Shown in pieces: positions 20,884 to 30,678 of a stretch of DNA of 64,000 bases. A program made the position numbers and the translations under genes. Positions within the stretch are counted from its first letter, which is position 1; every line of letters starts with the position of its first letter. This stretch comes from an uncultured Eubacteriales bacterium (GTDB lineage Bacteria; Bacillota; Clostridia; TANB77; UBA1234): positions 113,275 through 177,274 of the forward strand of contig CAYNRR010000001.1 in NCBI GenBank assembly GCA_964400015.1, in the 5' to 3' direction. The notes under the pieces are model-generated. The model was not told where the DNA came from. It worked only from the letters and a program-made list of their open reading frames with translations, and searched no databases.

Positions 20884-20913
20884 ATTATACTATTTATATA
20901 TGCAAATTGTCAA
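20884..20913 (-). promoter_or_regulatory. Sigma-A-type promoter driving toxI-toxN
   Basis: On the minus strand: TTGACA, an 18-nt spacer, then TATAAT. Confidence 0.5.
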
Positions 20914-20922
20914 TCAAACCAG

Positions 20923-20949
20923 CATTTTTTAAAATATATAGTTCATTTT
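20923..20949. repeat. Right copy of the 27-bp direct repeat bracketing the toxIN unit
   Basis: Exact match to 20119..20145. Confidence 0.85.
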
Positions 20950-20988
20950 TATACTTTTACGCATATACATATTTAATGGAGGTGCCAT

Positions 20989-21144
20989 ATGAATAATGAA
21001 ATGATTTACACTATGTTTTTGAATAGCATTAGAAATATGAGTGATGAAGAATTAAAGAAGACTCTTGAAAAAACCAAAAGTATTTTGAATGAAAATGATT
21101 ACAACAAGTTATTAGAACTTATCCGAAAAGAAAGGAACATATAG
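20989..21144 (+). CDS. Small hypothetical protein (51 aa)
   Basis: GGAGGTG RBS then ATG. The product is MNNEMIYTMFLNSIRNMSDEELKK... It is below the length cutoff of the ORF track. Confidence 0.35.
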   Translation: MNNEMIYTMFLNSIRNMSDEELKKTLEKTKSILNENDYNKLLELIRKERNI

Positions 21145-21160
21145 AAACGGAGATGGGATT

Positions 21161-21484
21161 ATGGAAGAAACGCCAGATATGTCAAAAATACTTGAATTAG
21201 TTAACATTCTTAAAAATGCTGATTCATCTAGCAATAATCAAGAAAATGGCAAGAATAATGTGCCTAACAATTTTGAAATGCCTGACGTTGAAACTATAAT
21301 GAAAATCAATCAAATTATAAAAGCTATGAATTCTAGTTCAAATACTGCAAGTGCAAACTTGTTATATTCCCTCAAGCCATTTTTGCGAAAAACAAAGCAA
21401 GACAAAATTGATCAATATGTAAATATGCTCAAGCTTTCTTCTGTAATCTCTGAATTTAACAAAAACGATAAGAATTTATTTTAG
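21161..21484 (+). CDS. Hypothetical protein (107 aa)
   Basis: ORF with a Ser/Asn-rich low-complexity region. No recognisable domain. Confidence 0.4.
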   Translation: MEETPDMSKILELVNILKNADSSSNNQENGKNNVPNNFEMPDVETIMKINQIIKAMNSSSNTASANLLYSLKPFLRKTKQDKIDQYVNMLKLSSVISEFNKNDKNLF

Positions 21485-21493
21485 GGTGATTGT

Positions 21494-21634
21494 ATGGAAT
21501 TACTTTTAAAAAATTTAAAACTAGAAGAGAATTTTGATAATTACCTAATAGCAATTTTACTGATGCTATTTTTAAATGAGGGGGGTGAAGACACGGCAAT
21601 TGTGATAATATTATTTTTACTTCTATTATCATAA
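21494..21634 (+). CDS. Small hypothetical hydrophobic peptide (46 aa)
   Basis: ATG follows AGGGTGA. Sequence MELLLKNLKLEENFDNYLIAILLMLFLNEGGEDTAIVIILFLLLLS. Confidence 0.2.
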   Translation: MELLLKNLKLEENFDNYLIAILLMLFLNEGGEDTAIVIILFLLLLS

Positions 21635-21667
21635 TTGCCTGTCTTCTTTATGGATTTTTTATGGATA

Positions 21668-22159
21668 TTAGCAATTTAAAATTTTAGCAGATTCAATATA
21701 CCCTGGAAACACATCACTTTTCAGGTTCATTCCTGCCGTATTAAAAACATAATCATGCTCATCTAAAATGTTGTATAACATTGTATTTGAGTTATAAACT
21801 TCGTAACAATTTATAATTCTAAGCTCTGTAAAATTATCAGTAAGGTTTTCCAATAGATATGTATTTATTTCTTTTATAAACTCCATTGTGCCTTGTACAA
21901 CAATGTTTACAGGATTTTTTTCTTTCAATTCTAAAACAACCTCGTCATTAAACCATTCGACTTCATCTATTCCCTTTTCATTTTCAAAATGCAAATTTAA
22001 TCTTTTAACTAATCCTTTCATTCCATTTTCAAGTTTGTCTTGAGATATAACTAGCACTTTATTTTTATTTTTTAATTCCTCACGCACGTATGGCAAAAGA
22101 GCTGCAAACAGGTGCCATTCACTTACGTAAAAATTACAAGCCTTTATTATTTTATACAT
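21668..22159 (-). CDS. Hypothetical protein (163 aa)
   Basis: GGAGG RBS before MYKIIKACNFYVSEWHLF... No confident family assignment. Confidence 0.4.
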   Translation of the reverse strand: MYKIIKACNFYVSEWHLFAALLPYVREELKNKNKVLVISQDKLENGMKGLVKRLNLHFENEKGIDEVEWFNDEVVLELKEKNPVNIVVQGTMEFIKEINTYLLENLTDNFTELRIINCYEVYNSNTMLYNILDEHDYVFNTAGMNLKSDVFPGYIESAKILNC

Positions 22160-22606
22160 TGTTTTTCCTCCTTTGTTATCTTGTATTTTGATATTACCAT
22201 TTTTTACCAGTTGTGTCAATAAAATATTTCCATTTTTTGGTATTTTTATAAAACATACGGAAATACTTTATCTGGAGGTGTTGATTTTGAAAAAATTCAT
22301 ATTACTATTTGTTTATTGGTGGGCAATAATTTTTCCTTCGTTTGCATTTAATGAACAATTTAATTATTCCGAATCACAAGATATTGAATTTCATTTTAAG
22401 ATAGTCGACTGCATTCAAGAACATTTTCAAATGCCTACATCCCTACATTTTTCGTCATAACTCTACTTAAAATATCTACTTGTAAATAAAATTCATCTAT
22501 GATATATTCTTTATGGGAGTAAATCTCCTTATTTTTTGCCTTCTGCAAATACCATATAGACAGGCAAATTTTATAAAATATAAATATAGAAAAAGGTGTG
22601 ATATAA

Positions 22607-23332
22607 ATGGGAATTATAGAATTTTTTACTTCATCAGTAGCTATAGATACCCTACTAAAATTAGCATTAGCTGTACTTCTTTCCTCTATCATAGGAATTG
22701 AAAGAGAACTTGTTCATAAACCAGCAGGTATCAAAACTCATACGCTCATCTGTATTTCCGCTACGCTAGTTATGTCATTAGGCATGTTTATACGTAATTT
22801 ATATCCTGAAATGACGATGGATCCAACTAGATTACCTGCTCAAATACTTGCAGGCATCGGTTTTGTTGGTGCTGGCACAATTATCAGAGAAGGACTTTCT
22901 GTAAAAGGTATTACTACTGCTGCAAGTTTGCTTGCTATTACATGTGTAGGGCTTGCTGTTGGTGCTGGCTTTTATGAAGGTGCAATACTTACAACAATAC
23001 TTATGTTTTTCATACTTTATTTTACTTCACCTATTCAAAATATTATTTCGTCAAAAGGTAAATTGACTACGGTTTGTGTGATTAGTAAAGTTTCAACTGG
23101 AATTATAAGTAATGTTCAAGAAATTTTTGAAGGAAATAATTTAGATGTAGTTTCTATCAAACAAGAAAAATCAAATTCTTCAAAGTCAACTATCTATAAA
23201 TTTTTAGTTAGATTCAATGACTTTTCGGATAAAGAAACTTTAATTCAAGAAATTTTGAAAATACATGGCGTACATGAAGTTCATCTTTCTAGAGGAATTT
23301 CAAAGCTTGATAATGATATAGAATTAGATTAG
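22607..23332 (+). CDS. mgtC: MgtC/SapB family membrane protein
   Basis: LALAVLLSSIIGIERE...AGIGFVGAGTII...ITCVGLAVGAGFYEGA; MgtC fold with a C-terminal soluble domain. Confidence 0.75.
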   Translation: MGIIEFFTSSVAIDTLLKLALAVLLSSIIGIERELVHKPAGIKTHTLICISATLVMSLGMFIRNLYPEMTMDPTRLPAQILAGIGFVGAGTIIREGLSVKGITTAASLLAITCVGLAVGAGFYEGAILTTILMFFILYFTSPIQNIISSKGKLTTVCVISKVSTGIISNVQEIFEGNNLDVVSIKQEKSNSSKSTIYKFLVRFNDFSDKETLIQEILKIHGVHEVHLSRGISKLDNDIELD

Positions 23333-23364
23333 TAAATATCTTAAATTTAAGAAAAGAGGTACAT

Positions 23365-24633
23365 ATGGATAAGTTTGTTATAAAAGGAAGCACTCCTCTT
23401 AGAGGAACGGTTAACGTTAATGGTGCGAAAAATGCTGCTGTTGCAATTTTACCTGCTGCAGCACTTATAAATGGGAAATGCAGAATTGAAAATGTTCCAA
23501 ACATTAGTGATATTAAACGTTGTTGTGAAATACTAGAATTGCTTGGGGCAAAAATCAATTTTATAAATTCACATGAAATAGAAATAGATGCTACAAATGT
23601 ACAAGAAAAAGAAATACCACTTGATATAACTAAAAAGTTTAGAGCTTCTTATTATTTTATCGGCTCACTTTTAAGTCGTTTTGGAAAAGCTTCTGTTGGT
23701 TTCCCTGGTGGATGCAACTTTGGTTCAAGACCTATTGATCAACATATTAAAGGCTTTGAAACTCTAGGTGCAACTGTTGTTTGCGAAGGTGGAATGATTA
23801 ACGCAACTTCTGAAGATGGTCTTGTTGGTAATTCTGTATACTTAGATGTTGTTAGCGTTGGGGCTACAATAAATATAATGTTAGCTGCAGTATTAGTTCC
23901 TGGAACAACTACTATTGAAAATGCTGCTAAAGAACCTCATATAGTTGATTTAGCAAATTTCTTAAATACAATGGGAGCAAATATCAAAGGTGCAGGTACT
24001 GACATTATTAAAATAAATGGTGTTGAAGAATTACGTGGTAATGCTACTTATTCAATCGTTCCAGATCAAATAGAAGCTGGCACTTTTATGATTGCCGCAG
24101 CAGCTTCACGTGGTGACGTTACTATTAAAAATTGTATTACAAAACACTTAGATCCTATTTCTGCTAAACTAGTTGAAATGGGTGTTAATATAGAAGAATC
24201 TGACGATGGTGATGAAATAAGAGTTTGGTCAGATGAGAGAACCACAAAAGGAAATATTAAAACATTACCTTATCCTGGCTTTCCAACTGATATGCAACCT
24301 CAAATAGCTGTATTACTTGCACTTTCAGAAGGTACAAGTTATCTAACAGAAGGGGTTTATGATTCTCGTTTCCAATATACAGAAGAACTAAAAAAGATGG
24401 GAGCCAAAATTAGAGTTGAAGGAAAAACAGCTTGTATCGAAGGTGTAGAAGCACTTACTGGTTCTCAAGTTACAGCTACTGATTTAAGAGCTGGTGCTGC
24501 ACTTATTATTGCAGGAATTTGTGCAGAAGGTGAAACTGAAATATACGGAATAGAACACGTTGAAAGAGGATATGAAGCAATAGCTGAGAGATTTAATTCT
24601 CTTGGCGCAAAAATAGAAAGAGTATCAGAATAG
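23365..24633 (+). CDS. murA: UDP-N-acetylglucosamine 1-carboxyvinyltransferase
   Basis: GSTPLRGTVNVNGAKNAAVAILPAAAL... and full-length EPT-family similarity. Confidence 0.85.
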   Translation: MDKFVIKGSTPLRGTVNVNGAKNAAVAILPAAALINGKCRIENVPNISDIKRCCEILELLGAKINFINSHEIEIDATNVQEKEIPLDITKKFRASYYFIGSLLSRFGKASVGFPGGCNFGSRPIDQHIKGFETLGATVVCEGGMINATSEDGLVGNSVYLDVVSVGATINIMLAAVLVPGTTTIENAAKEPHIVDLANFLNTMGANIKGAGTDIIKINGVEELRGNATYSIVPDQIEAGTFMIAAAASRGDVTIKNCITKHLDPISAKLVEMGVNIEESDDGDEIRVWSDERTTKGNIKTLPYPGFPTDMQPQIAVLLALSEGTSYLTEGVYDSRFQYTEELKKMGAKIRVEGKTACIEGVEALTGSQVTATDLRAGAALIIAGICAEGETEIYGIEHVERGYEAIAERFNSLGAKIERVSE

Positions 24634-24645
24634 GAAGTTATACAT

Positions 24646-25428
24646 ATGATAAAATTTTGTAATTTATTTAGTGGCAGTAGTGGCAATTCAAGTTATATTG
24701 AATCTGGTTCTACTAAAATTTTAATAGATGCAGGTGTTAGTTGCCAAAGAATAACTAAAGCACTAGAATCTATCGGTACTAGTTTTGATGAAATAAGTGC
24801 AATTCTAATAACACATGAACACATAGACCACACTAAAGGTTTAACTACAATAGCTAAAAAATTTAATACACCAATATATGCAACAGCTAAGACATGGCGA
24901 CAAATGAGTACATTAAACGTCTTAGATCATTGCAAACAATTTTTTATTCCATATAAAGATTTTACAATTGGTGATTTAACAATTCATCCATTTTCTATAC
25001 CACACGATGCTGTTGACCCTTGTGGATTCAGTATTTTGAACGGTGAAAAGAAAATAACTATTGCAACCGATATTGGACATGTAGAAGAAAGCCTTATAGC
25101 AGAAATGTGTGGTAGTGATCTTTTACTTATAGAATCAAATTATGATAATGACACTCTACTTTGTGGAGCATATCCTTATTTTTTAAAGAAAAGAATTTCT
25201 AGTGATATTGGACATTTATCAAATGAAGCAACAGGTAAATTAGTAAAAACTTTATATGAAAATGGTGTAACAAAATTTATACTCGGTCATTTAAGTAAAG
25301 AAAACAATTTTCCTGAACTTGCTTATCAAACAGTTTTAAACGAACTAAACAGTTCAAATTTAAAAGTACCTTTTCATCTTTCAATTGCAGGTAGAGATAC
25401 CGTTGATGAAATTTTAGAAATTGTTTAA
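24646..25428 (+). CDS. MBL-fold metallo-hydrolase (YycJ/WalJ-like)
   Basis: THEHIDHTKGL (HxHxDH) metallo-beta-lactamase motif. Confidence 0.7.
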   Translation: MIKFCNLFSGSSGNSSYIESGSTKILIDAGVSCQRITKALESIGTSFDEISAILITHEHIDHTKGLTTIAKKFNTPIYATAKTWRQMSTLNVLDHCKQFFIPYKDFTIGDLTIHPFSIPHDAVDPCGFSILNGEKKITIATDIGHVEESLIAEMCGSDLLLIESNYDNDTLLCGAYPYFLKKRISSDIGHLSNEATGKLVKTLYENGVTKFILGHLSKENNFPELAYQTVLNELNSSNLKVPFHLSIAGRDTVDEILEIV

Positions 25429-25450
25429 TCATTTAATATGTGAGGAATTT

Positions 25451-25930
25451 ATGAATATAAAAATTATTTGTTTGGGTAAAATCAAAGAACAATCGATGTC
25501 AGACTTAATAAACGAATACAAGAAGCGTATATCTAAATATGCAAACATAGATATCATCGAACTTCCCGATGAGCCATTGCCTAGTAATCCATCTGAAAAA
25601 GAGATCTTAAATATAAAGCATATGGAAGCTACAAAAATAAAAAGCAAGTTAGGTTCATCAGATTATATAGTTTGTCTAGATCAATATGGTAAAAGTCTTA
25701 CTTCTGAAGAATTTGCAGACAAATTACAAAGCATTACCGTACAAGGATTTAGTACAATAACATTTATAATCGGTGGGACAGTTGGATTAGATAGAGAATT
25801 AGTTGCTAACAGTAATTTGTCTTTATCTTTCTCTAAACTAACATTTCCACATCAACTAATTCGATTGTTTTTGACAGAACAAATTTTTAGAGCTTTCAAA
25901 ATACAAAATAACGAACGTTATCACTGGTAG
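25451..25930 (+). CDS. rlmH: 23S rRNA (pseudouridine1915-N3)-methyltransferase RlmH
   Basis: MNIKIICLGKIKEQ... SPOUT family. The ATG at 25451 follows GAGGAA. Confidence 0.75.
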   Translation: MNIKIICLGKIKEQSMSDLINEYKKRISKYANIDIIELPDEPLPSNPSEKEILNIKHMEATKIKSKLGSSDYIVCLDQYGKSLTSEEFADKLQSITVQGFSTITFIIGGTVGLDRELVANSNLSLSFSKLTFPHQLIRLFLTEQIFRAFKIQNNERYHW

Positions 25931-25952
25931 TCATTTTCATGACTACCTTTTA
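25925..25952. terminator. Hairpin terminator between the convergent rlmH gene and the pilus cluster
   Basis: Perfect inverted repeat GGTAGTCAT-tttc-ATGACTACC followed by a T-run. Confidence 0.5.
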
Positions 25953-26338
25953 CTTACTGAATTTCTAGTGATATTCATTGGCACTTCCATACTTTCAGCA
26001 AACGGTATATCTATCTTATAATTATATTTCGCCTCCAAAAAAATAGGTTCTCCATACGCAACTCTACTAGACGTATATTTTATAAATAATTCATCTTCGT
26101 TAAACCCTTGACTTTTCAATTCATCTTTTAAATTTTTAGCTTCCACTTTAGTAAGATATCCAAACTCCTCCATTACGTATATATACTTAATACAAGTACT
26201 AGATAATTTTTCATACCAAATATATGGTGTGATAATATTTACAGATAGTACAATAAGTACTGATATAATCAACATTCCAATCGCTATTATAATCGGAGTC
26301 GTTAATATTGCACTCCCTTTATTCTTATTATTTTTCAT
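25943..26338 (-). CDS. TadE-like (Flp pilus assembly) membrane-anchored protein
   Basis: About 130 aa with an N-terminal transmembrane segment, lying in a cluster with the Flp pilin, CpaB and TadB/C genes. Confidence 0.4.
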   Translation of the reverse strand: MKNNKNKGSAILTTPIIIAIGMLIISVLIVLSVNIITPYIWYEKLSSTCIKYIYVMEEFGYLTKVEAKNLKDELKSQGFNEDELFIKYTSSRVAYGEPIFLEAKYNYKIDIPFAESMEVPMNITRNSVSKR

Positions 26339-26350
26339 TCCATCACTCCA

Positions 26351-26851
26351 CTATTTAACAACCATCGAATTTAAACTAACATCTTCATGTATTGTGAAAA
26401 CGAAAATGTTTTCCAACAAGTTTTTAAAAATTATTGGTTTTATTTTAATATTCATTACTGTATGAATCACTCTACCATCGCATCTTTTCCCCGTATATTC
26501 ATCTTTTCTGTTGTCCTCGTATATTTCATAATCAATTATTTCTACCTTGCTTATTAACTTATCCTCATTTTCCAAGTTCTCATTCAATTCATAATTACTT
26601 TTTAATCCTTTTATAAATTCATTTTTGTAAGCATTTTTATTATAGGAAAAATTATCTATACTTGTTTCATATTTATTTATAGCTATGATTGCACTTCTAT
26701 TTAACGAATACATATCTATCTTGAAATTATATAGCACATTATTTATATGACTCATAAATATTGCTAGTGTGAACATAAATATTATTATAACGATTGCGAC
26801 AAATATCATAGAAATACTTAAGATTTCTCCACTTTCTTTTCTTGTATTCAT
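26351..26851 (-). CDS. TadE/TadG-like membrane-anchored protein
   Basis: N-terminal transmembrane segment and cluster context. Confidence 0.35.
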   Translation of the reverse strand: MNTRKESGEILSISMIFVAIVIIIFMFTLAIFMSHINNVLYNFKIDMYSLNRSAIIAINKYETSIDNFSYNKNAYKNEFIKGLKSNYELNENLENEDKLISKVEIIDYEIYEDNRKDEYTGKRCDGRVIHTVMNIKIKPIIFKNLLENIFVFTIHEDVSLNSMVVK

Positions 26852-26862
26852 AATTTAAACCT

Positions 26863-28503
26863 CTATTTCACATACCTTGAAATATCTCTATTAAACAATT
26901 CATCCCATCTTTCAGCAACATCTAATCCATATGTTCTAGTACTTGTACCCAAATAATTTCCAGACATTATTACTAATCGATACGGGTTTTGTTTTTTAGT
27001 GAATAACTTCGATTCATCTATATTAAATGCATCCTTTGATTCATTTCTAAGTGAATTCCACGAATGTAAAGTCTGCGTAGTTTCATAAGGAATAATATAT
27101 GTTGCAGAAAAAATTTTATAGTTTTCAGTTTCAGCTTCTAATTTCATTTTTCTTGGCAATTTATACATATTTTCTAGTTCTTTCAAACTTGTATATACTA
27201 AGGTCTCTTGCCTACTTTTAGGTTGGTCATACAAGAATAATTTTGTAGTATCATCTAATGTTGAAATTGAGCTTAATCCATTAAAACCAAAACTACAACT
27301 CATAGCATTTGACGATGTTTTTACTTCTATTTTTATCATCTGACCGGCACAAATAAATTTACTCTTAGTTGCTAAATTAGTATACAAATCAACATATTTT
27401 TCTTTGCCTTTACTATCCGTAGTTACACGTTTTACATTTATGCTATATATAATCGGTGCATTTTCGTCGTTTACAATTGAATATTTTATTTTATCTTCAC
27501 TTTTTAGATTTATCACTACCGTTTGTTTCTTTGTTGAATACATTATTGGATCATTAGGAAAGTATGTACTCGCAAACGAATTCACTTCCAGATTTAAGAC
27601 AATTTTGTCAGTATCACTATAATCATTCTTGCTAATAGTCAAAATTCCATTTTTACTTATTTTAATCGCTTCTGAATCGCTTTTTAAAGCCTCTTGTCTA
27701 CCATTTACTTTCAATTCACTTTCAATAATTTTTATGTGTTCTGGTTTTGTATATTCAGTTAGTCCTTTAATTTCTGCACCAAATATATACGGTATCTCTA
27801 TAACATCTTCATCTTTTTCAATTGTATATTCATTTCCATTAGGCAATAGCAATATTCCATCTATGTTAGCATCATTAGCCATCGGTGGAACATTAAAAGT
27901 TGCTGCCCAATAAACATTTCCTTCACCTGGTTTTTCTGTATATATACTTCCTGCTGTTCCCCAAGTAGCATAATTTTCAACTTTAGCTTTATCTAAGCCT
28001 ATATCCAAAGCTGTAAGATCATATGTAATCCCAAATCTTGATAATTTTTGCGTTAGCATATATTCTCTTTGCAACTCATACATATATAGCGAAGTATCAC
28101 TCCAAGATTCCTCAGCGTTTTTTACAATGCGATAATTCCAATTTAATGGTGACGTTCCAGAATTATAGTCGTCTGGAAAAAGTTCATTGTGCACCACTTT
28201 ACCAGAATAATCTTGACCCAAAATCCAATATTCACCTTTCACTCCATTATTCATCCAATTGCCATTACTTACATTTTTCCAACGTTGCCTTGCAGCATTT
28301 ATTGATACTGGATCACCGTATACTAATAACTTGTATTTTTCATATATTTCTTCATTTATATAAAAACCATTTACATTTTGCTTTGCAATTCCCATCGCAT
28401 CTATCATATAACTAAATCCATCACTATATGCATAAGTTACTGATGTCATCATAAAAAGTATCATTATTGTTATTATAAATTTTCTCACATTATTTCCTTT
28501 CAA
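26863..28503 (-). CDS. Secreted hypothetical protein (546 aa) in the pilus cluster
   Basis: Signal peptide MKGNNVRKFIITIMILFMMTSVTYA. No recognised domain. Confidence 0.4.
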   Translation of the reverse strand: MKGNNVRKFIITIMILFMMTSVTYAYSDGFSYMIDAMGIAKQNVNGFYINEEIYEKYKLLVYGDPVSINAARQRWKNVSNGNWMNNGVKGEYWILGQDYSGKVVHNELFPDDYNSGTSPLNWNYRIVKNAEESWSDTSLYMYELQREYMLTQKLSRFGITYDLTALDIGLDKAKVENYATWGTAGSIYTEKPGEGNVYWAATFNVPPMANDANIDGILLLPNGNEYTIEKDEDVIEIPYIFGAEIKGLTEYTKPEHIKIIESELKVNGRQEALKSDSEAIKISKNGILTISKNDYSDTDKIVLNLEVNSFASTYFPNDPIMYSTKKQTVVINLKSEDKIKYSIVNDENAPIIYSINVKRVTTDSKGKEKYVDLYTNLATKSKFICAGQMIKIEVKTSSNAMSCSFGFNGLSSISTLDDTTKLFLYDQPKSRQETLVYTSLKELENMYKLPRKMKLEAETENYKIFSATYIIPYETTQTLHSWNSLRNESKDAFNIDESKLFTKKQNPYRLVIMSGNYLGTSTRTYGLDVAERWDELFNRDISRYVK

Positions 28504-29758
28504 TATAGAATTGTGGAAAGCCTTCCACTTTTTTATAATAATTAACTATATATTTCCCTATAACCTTCTTTTCTGCTATTTCTTCAGTAGTAGTTGAATT
28601 TGTAACATAGCTTACACTTTTATCTATAATATACTTTGAAATTTTTGTACTACTAGTTCCGAATTCAGCTTTTAAAGCTTCGTTTAATTTTTCCTTTTTG
28701 TATTCATTTACATATATCCCATTTTTGTATTCTGAATAATCGTCCCACAATTTAAGTACATCTATTCTTAGATAACAATCGTTTGAAAATTCTTCGTGCA
28801 TCGATTTATTCGCTAAGTTATACATGGCGTTTTCATAATAGTTAAAAGAAAAATCATACTCGCCGTACAAAACTTTATTTCTATTAGCACCATATAATAT
28901 TTTTAATTCGTTTATCGTATATTTTGATGGAACATATATAACTGCAACGTACGCGTTTTCATTTATCAATTTTTTAATGATTTTTATGACTTTATCTATA
29001 TCAATTTGAATGTTTGATACTTCATAGCCTTCTAAATAAGAATATCTGCCATAATCATATATTTTCAAGGAGTCATTTGATATCTCATAAAACGTTTCAA
29101 GTAAATTACTTTTTTCTTTAAGATAGTTCGATAACTCTTTTTCTTCTTCCACGTTATAAGTACGCTTAGATACTAAATTATCTCTTACGGAAATTGAATT
29201 AAGTATTACTTTTGCAGCCTCAGCCCTAGTTACATTATTGCTACCCTTAAAAGTTTTATCTGTATATCCATTTATAACACCAAGCTTTACAAGTTTTAAC
29301 ACATTTTCTAATTTATCTTTTTCTATGTCATTCACATCTTTAAATATATTTCTGCTTGCTTTGGTATCTTTTAAATTTATGAAATTTGCCACTATCTCTG
29401 ACATCTCGTATCTGGTCAATGGCTTGTTTATATTCTTTTCATCCATTGTCTGAATTATATTTTGTCTTTGAGCTGTTGCTATGTAAAAATCCGGATATAT
29501 TGCATTCCCTTCTCTTACTATCGTATATTCTCCTGCTTCAACTATCATTTTTATAAATTCAGCAAATGTAACATTATCTTCGGGTTTAAAAGTATTATCC
29601 TCGTATCCAGATACAATTTCTTTCTCTGTCAATTTAACTATGTATTCTTTTGCCCAATGATTTTGAATATCGCTAAAACATATTTCTTGTGCATTTACTT
29701 GACTAAAAGTACTACCAATGCACACTATAAAAATTCCAATTACTTTTTTAAAATTCAT
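28490..29758 (-). CDS. SLH-domain-containing cell-surface protein
   Basis: Signal peptide then three S-layer-homology repeats (FSDIQNHWAKEYIVKL...GYEDNTFKP...VTFAEF ; ...GYTDKTFKGSNNVTRAEAAKV). Confidence 0.7.
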   Translation of the reverse strand: MNFKKVIGIFIVCIGSTFSQVNAQEICFSDIQNHWAKEYIVKLTEKEIVSGYEDNTFKPEDNVTFAEFIKMIVEAGEYTIVREGNAIYPDFYIATAQRQNIIQTMDEKNINKPLTRYEMSEIVANFINLKDTKASRNIFKDVNDIEKDKLENVLKLVKLGVINGYTDKTFKGSNNVTRAEAAKVILNSISVRDNLVSKRTYNVEEEKELSNYLKEKSNLLETFYEISNDSLKIYDYGRYSYLEGYEVSNIQIDIDKVIKIIKKLINENAYVAVIYVPSKYTINELKILYGANRNKVLYGEYDFSFNYYENAMYNLANKSMHEEFSNDCYLRIDVLKLWDDYSEYKNGIYVNEYKKEKLNEALKAEFGTSSTKISKYIIDKSVSYVTNSTTTEEIAEKKVIGKYIVNYYKKVEGFPQFYIERK

Positions 29759-30465
29759 TCTATTACCATACCTTCTTCATCTGGTAAGCCAGTTATACTA
29801 AATGTAGCAATTTCCCTTAGAAGGTTAATTTCTTTAGCATCCTCTGGCGTTACAGCAATCATTATTGAATCTATATTTCCATCTTCATAACCATTAACTT
29901 CAATGCCGTCTAAGTTAAATGCCCCTAGTACTTCAACCGAATCTATTAGTTTTACTACGGTATATCCATCATATTCATCGCCTACACTCAAACGTTCTTT
30001 CATAGCAGAAAAATTTTTAGCGTAATCACTTCTAAATGTTGCATAGACAGCAATTTTTGAATTAGCTTTTATGGCATATGACAATCCATTTTCAGCATTT
30101 GAAATTTTTATAGATATTTTTTCTTTTCCATTTTCCACTTCAAATATTGAAAGATTTTCTTTTGTGTCAAACTGATTTTTCATTGCAATTTGATTTTTTA
30201 ATATATTATCTTTTGCATATAAACCATCTATTTCACTATATTTACTAACAGTTGTGGTACCAGTAATTAGTGAAATCGGTATTTCTTTTTCAATAAACAT
30301 CTCTGAACTTATTTTCTGATTTTTTTCTATATCTTGAGTCAACATCAAACATTTAATTTGAGGTTCATAATTTATAAGTTGTTTTTGCAAATGTGTTGAA
30401 ATAGCGAATACAACTATTGTTAAAACAACTGTTATACTTAGTATACTAATCTTATTTTTATTCAT
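29755..30465 (-). CDS. Flp pilus assembly CpaB/RcpC-like (SAF domain) protein
   Basis: N-terminal transmembrane segment then a SAF-like beta domain of CpaB size, adjacent to the flp pilin gene. Confidence 0.45.
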   Translation of the reverse strand: MNKNKISILSITVVLTIVVFAISTHLQKQLINYEPQIKCLMLTQDIEKNQKISSEMFIEKEIPISLITGTTTVSKYSEIDGLYAKDNILKNQIAMKNQFDTKENLSIFEVENGKEKISIKISNAENGLSYAIKANSKIAVYATFRSDYAKNFSAMKERLSVGDEYDGYTVVKLIDSVEVLGAFNLDGIEVNGYEDGNIDSIMIAVTPEDAKEINLLREIATFSITGLPDEEGMVIE

Positions 30466-30479
30466 ATTTTCTCTCCAAA

Positions 30480-30665
30480 CTACACAGTAAACGGTGCACT
30501 TCCTGTGGTCTTAAACCAATTAGTGATTGTGCTCATTACATTTTCAAATAAATTTTCCATTTGTGGGTAAAAAACTGTAATTATTATTACTAGTAATACG
30601 CCTGCAATAAGTATTACTTGCAATATTTCAGAACCTCTTTCTGATTTCATATTTTCTTTTTTCAT
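30480..30665 (-). CDS. flp: Flp/Fap-family type IVb pilin (61 aa)
   Basis: Short prepilin: charged leader, then ERGSEILQVILIAGVLLVIIITVF hydrophobic helix. Confidence 0.55.
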   Translation of the reverse strand: MKKENMKSERGSEILQVILIAGVLLVIIITVFYPQMENLFENVMSTITNWFKTTGSAPFTV

Positions 30666-30678
30666 GTCATTGCTCCTT

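Noticed and set aside
25961-25975. A possible fourth copy of the 26-nt motif near the left end of the pilus cluster (..TTTCTAGTGATATT..)
   Set aside because: Only the hexamer CTAGTG matches, and the GGACGTCC core is absent. The match is chance-level.
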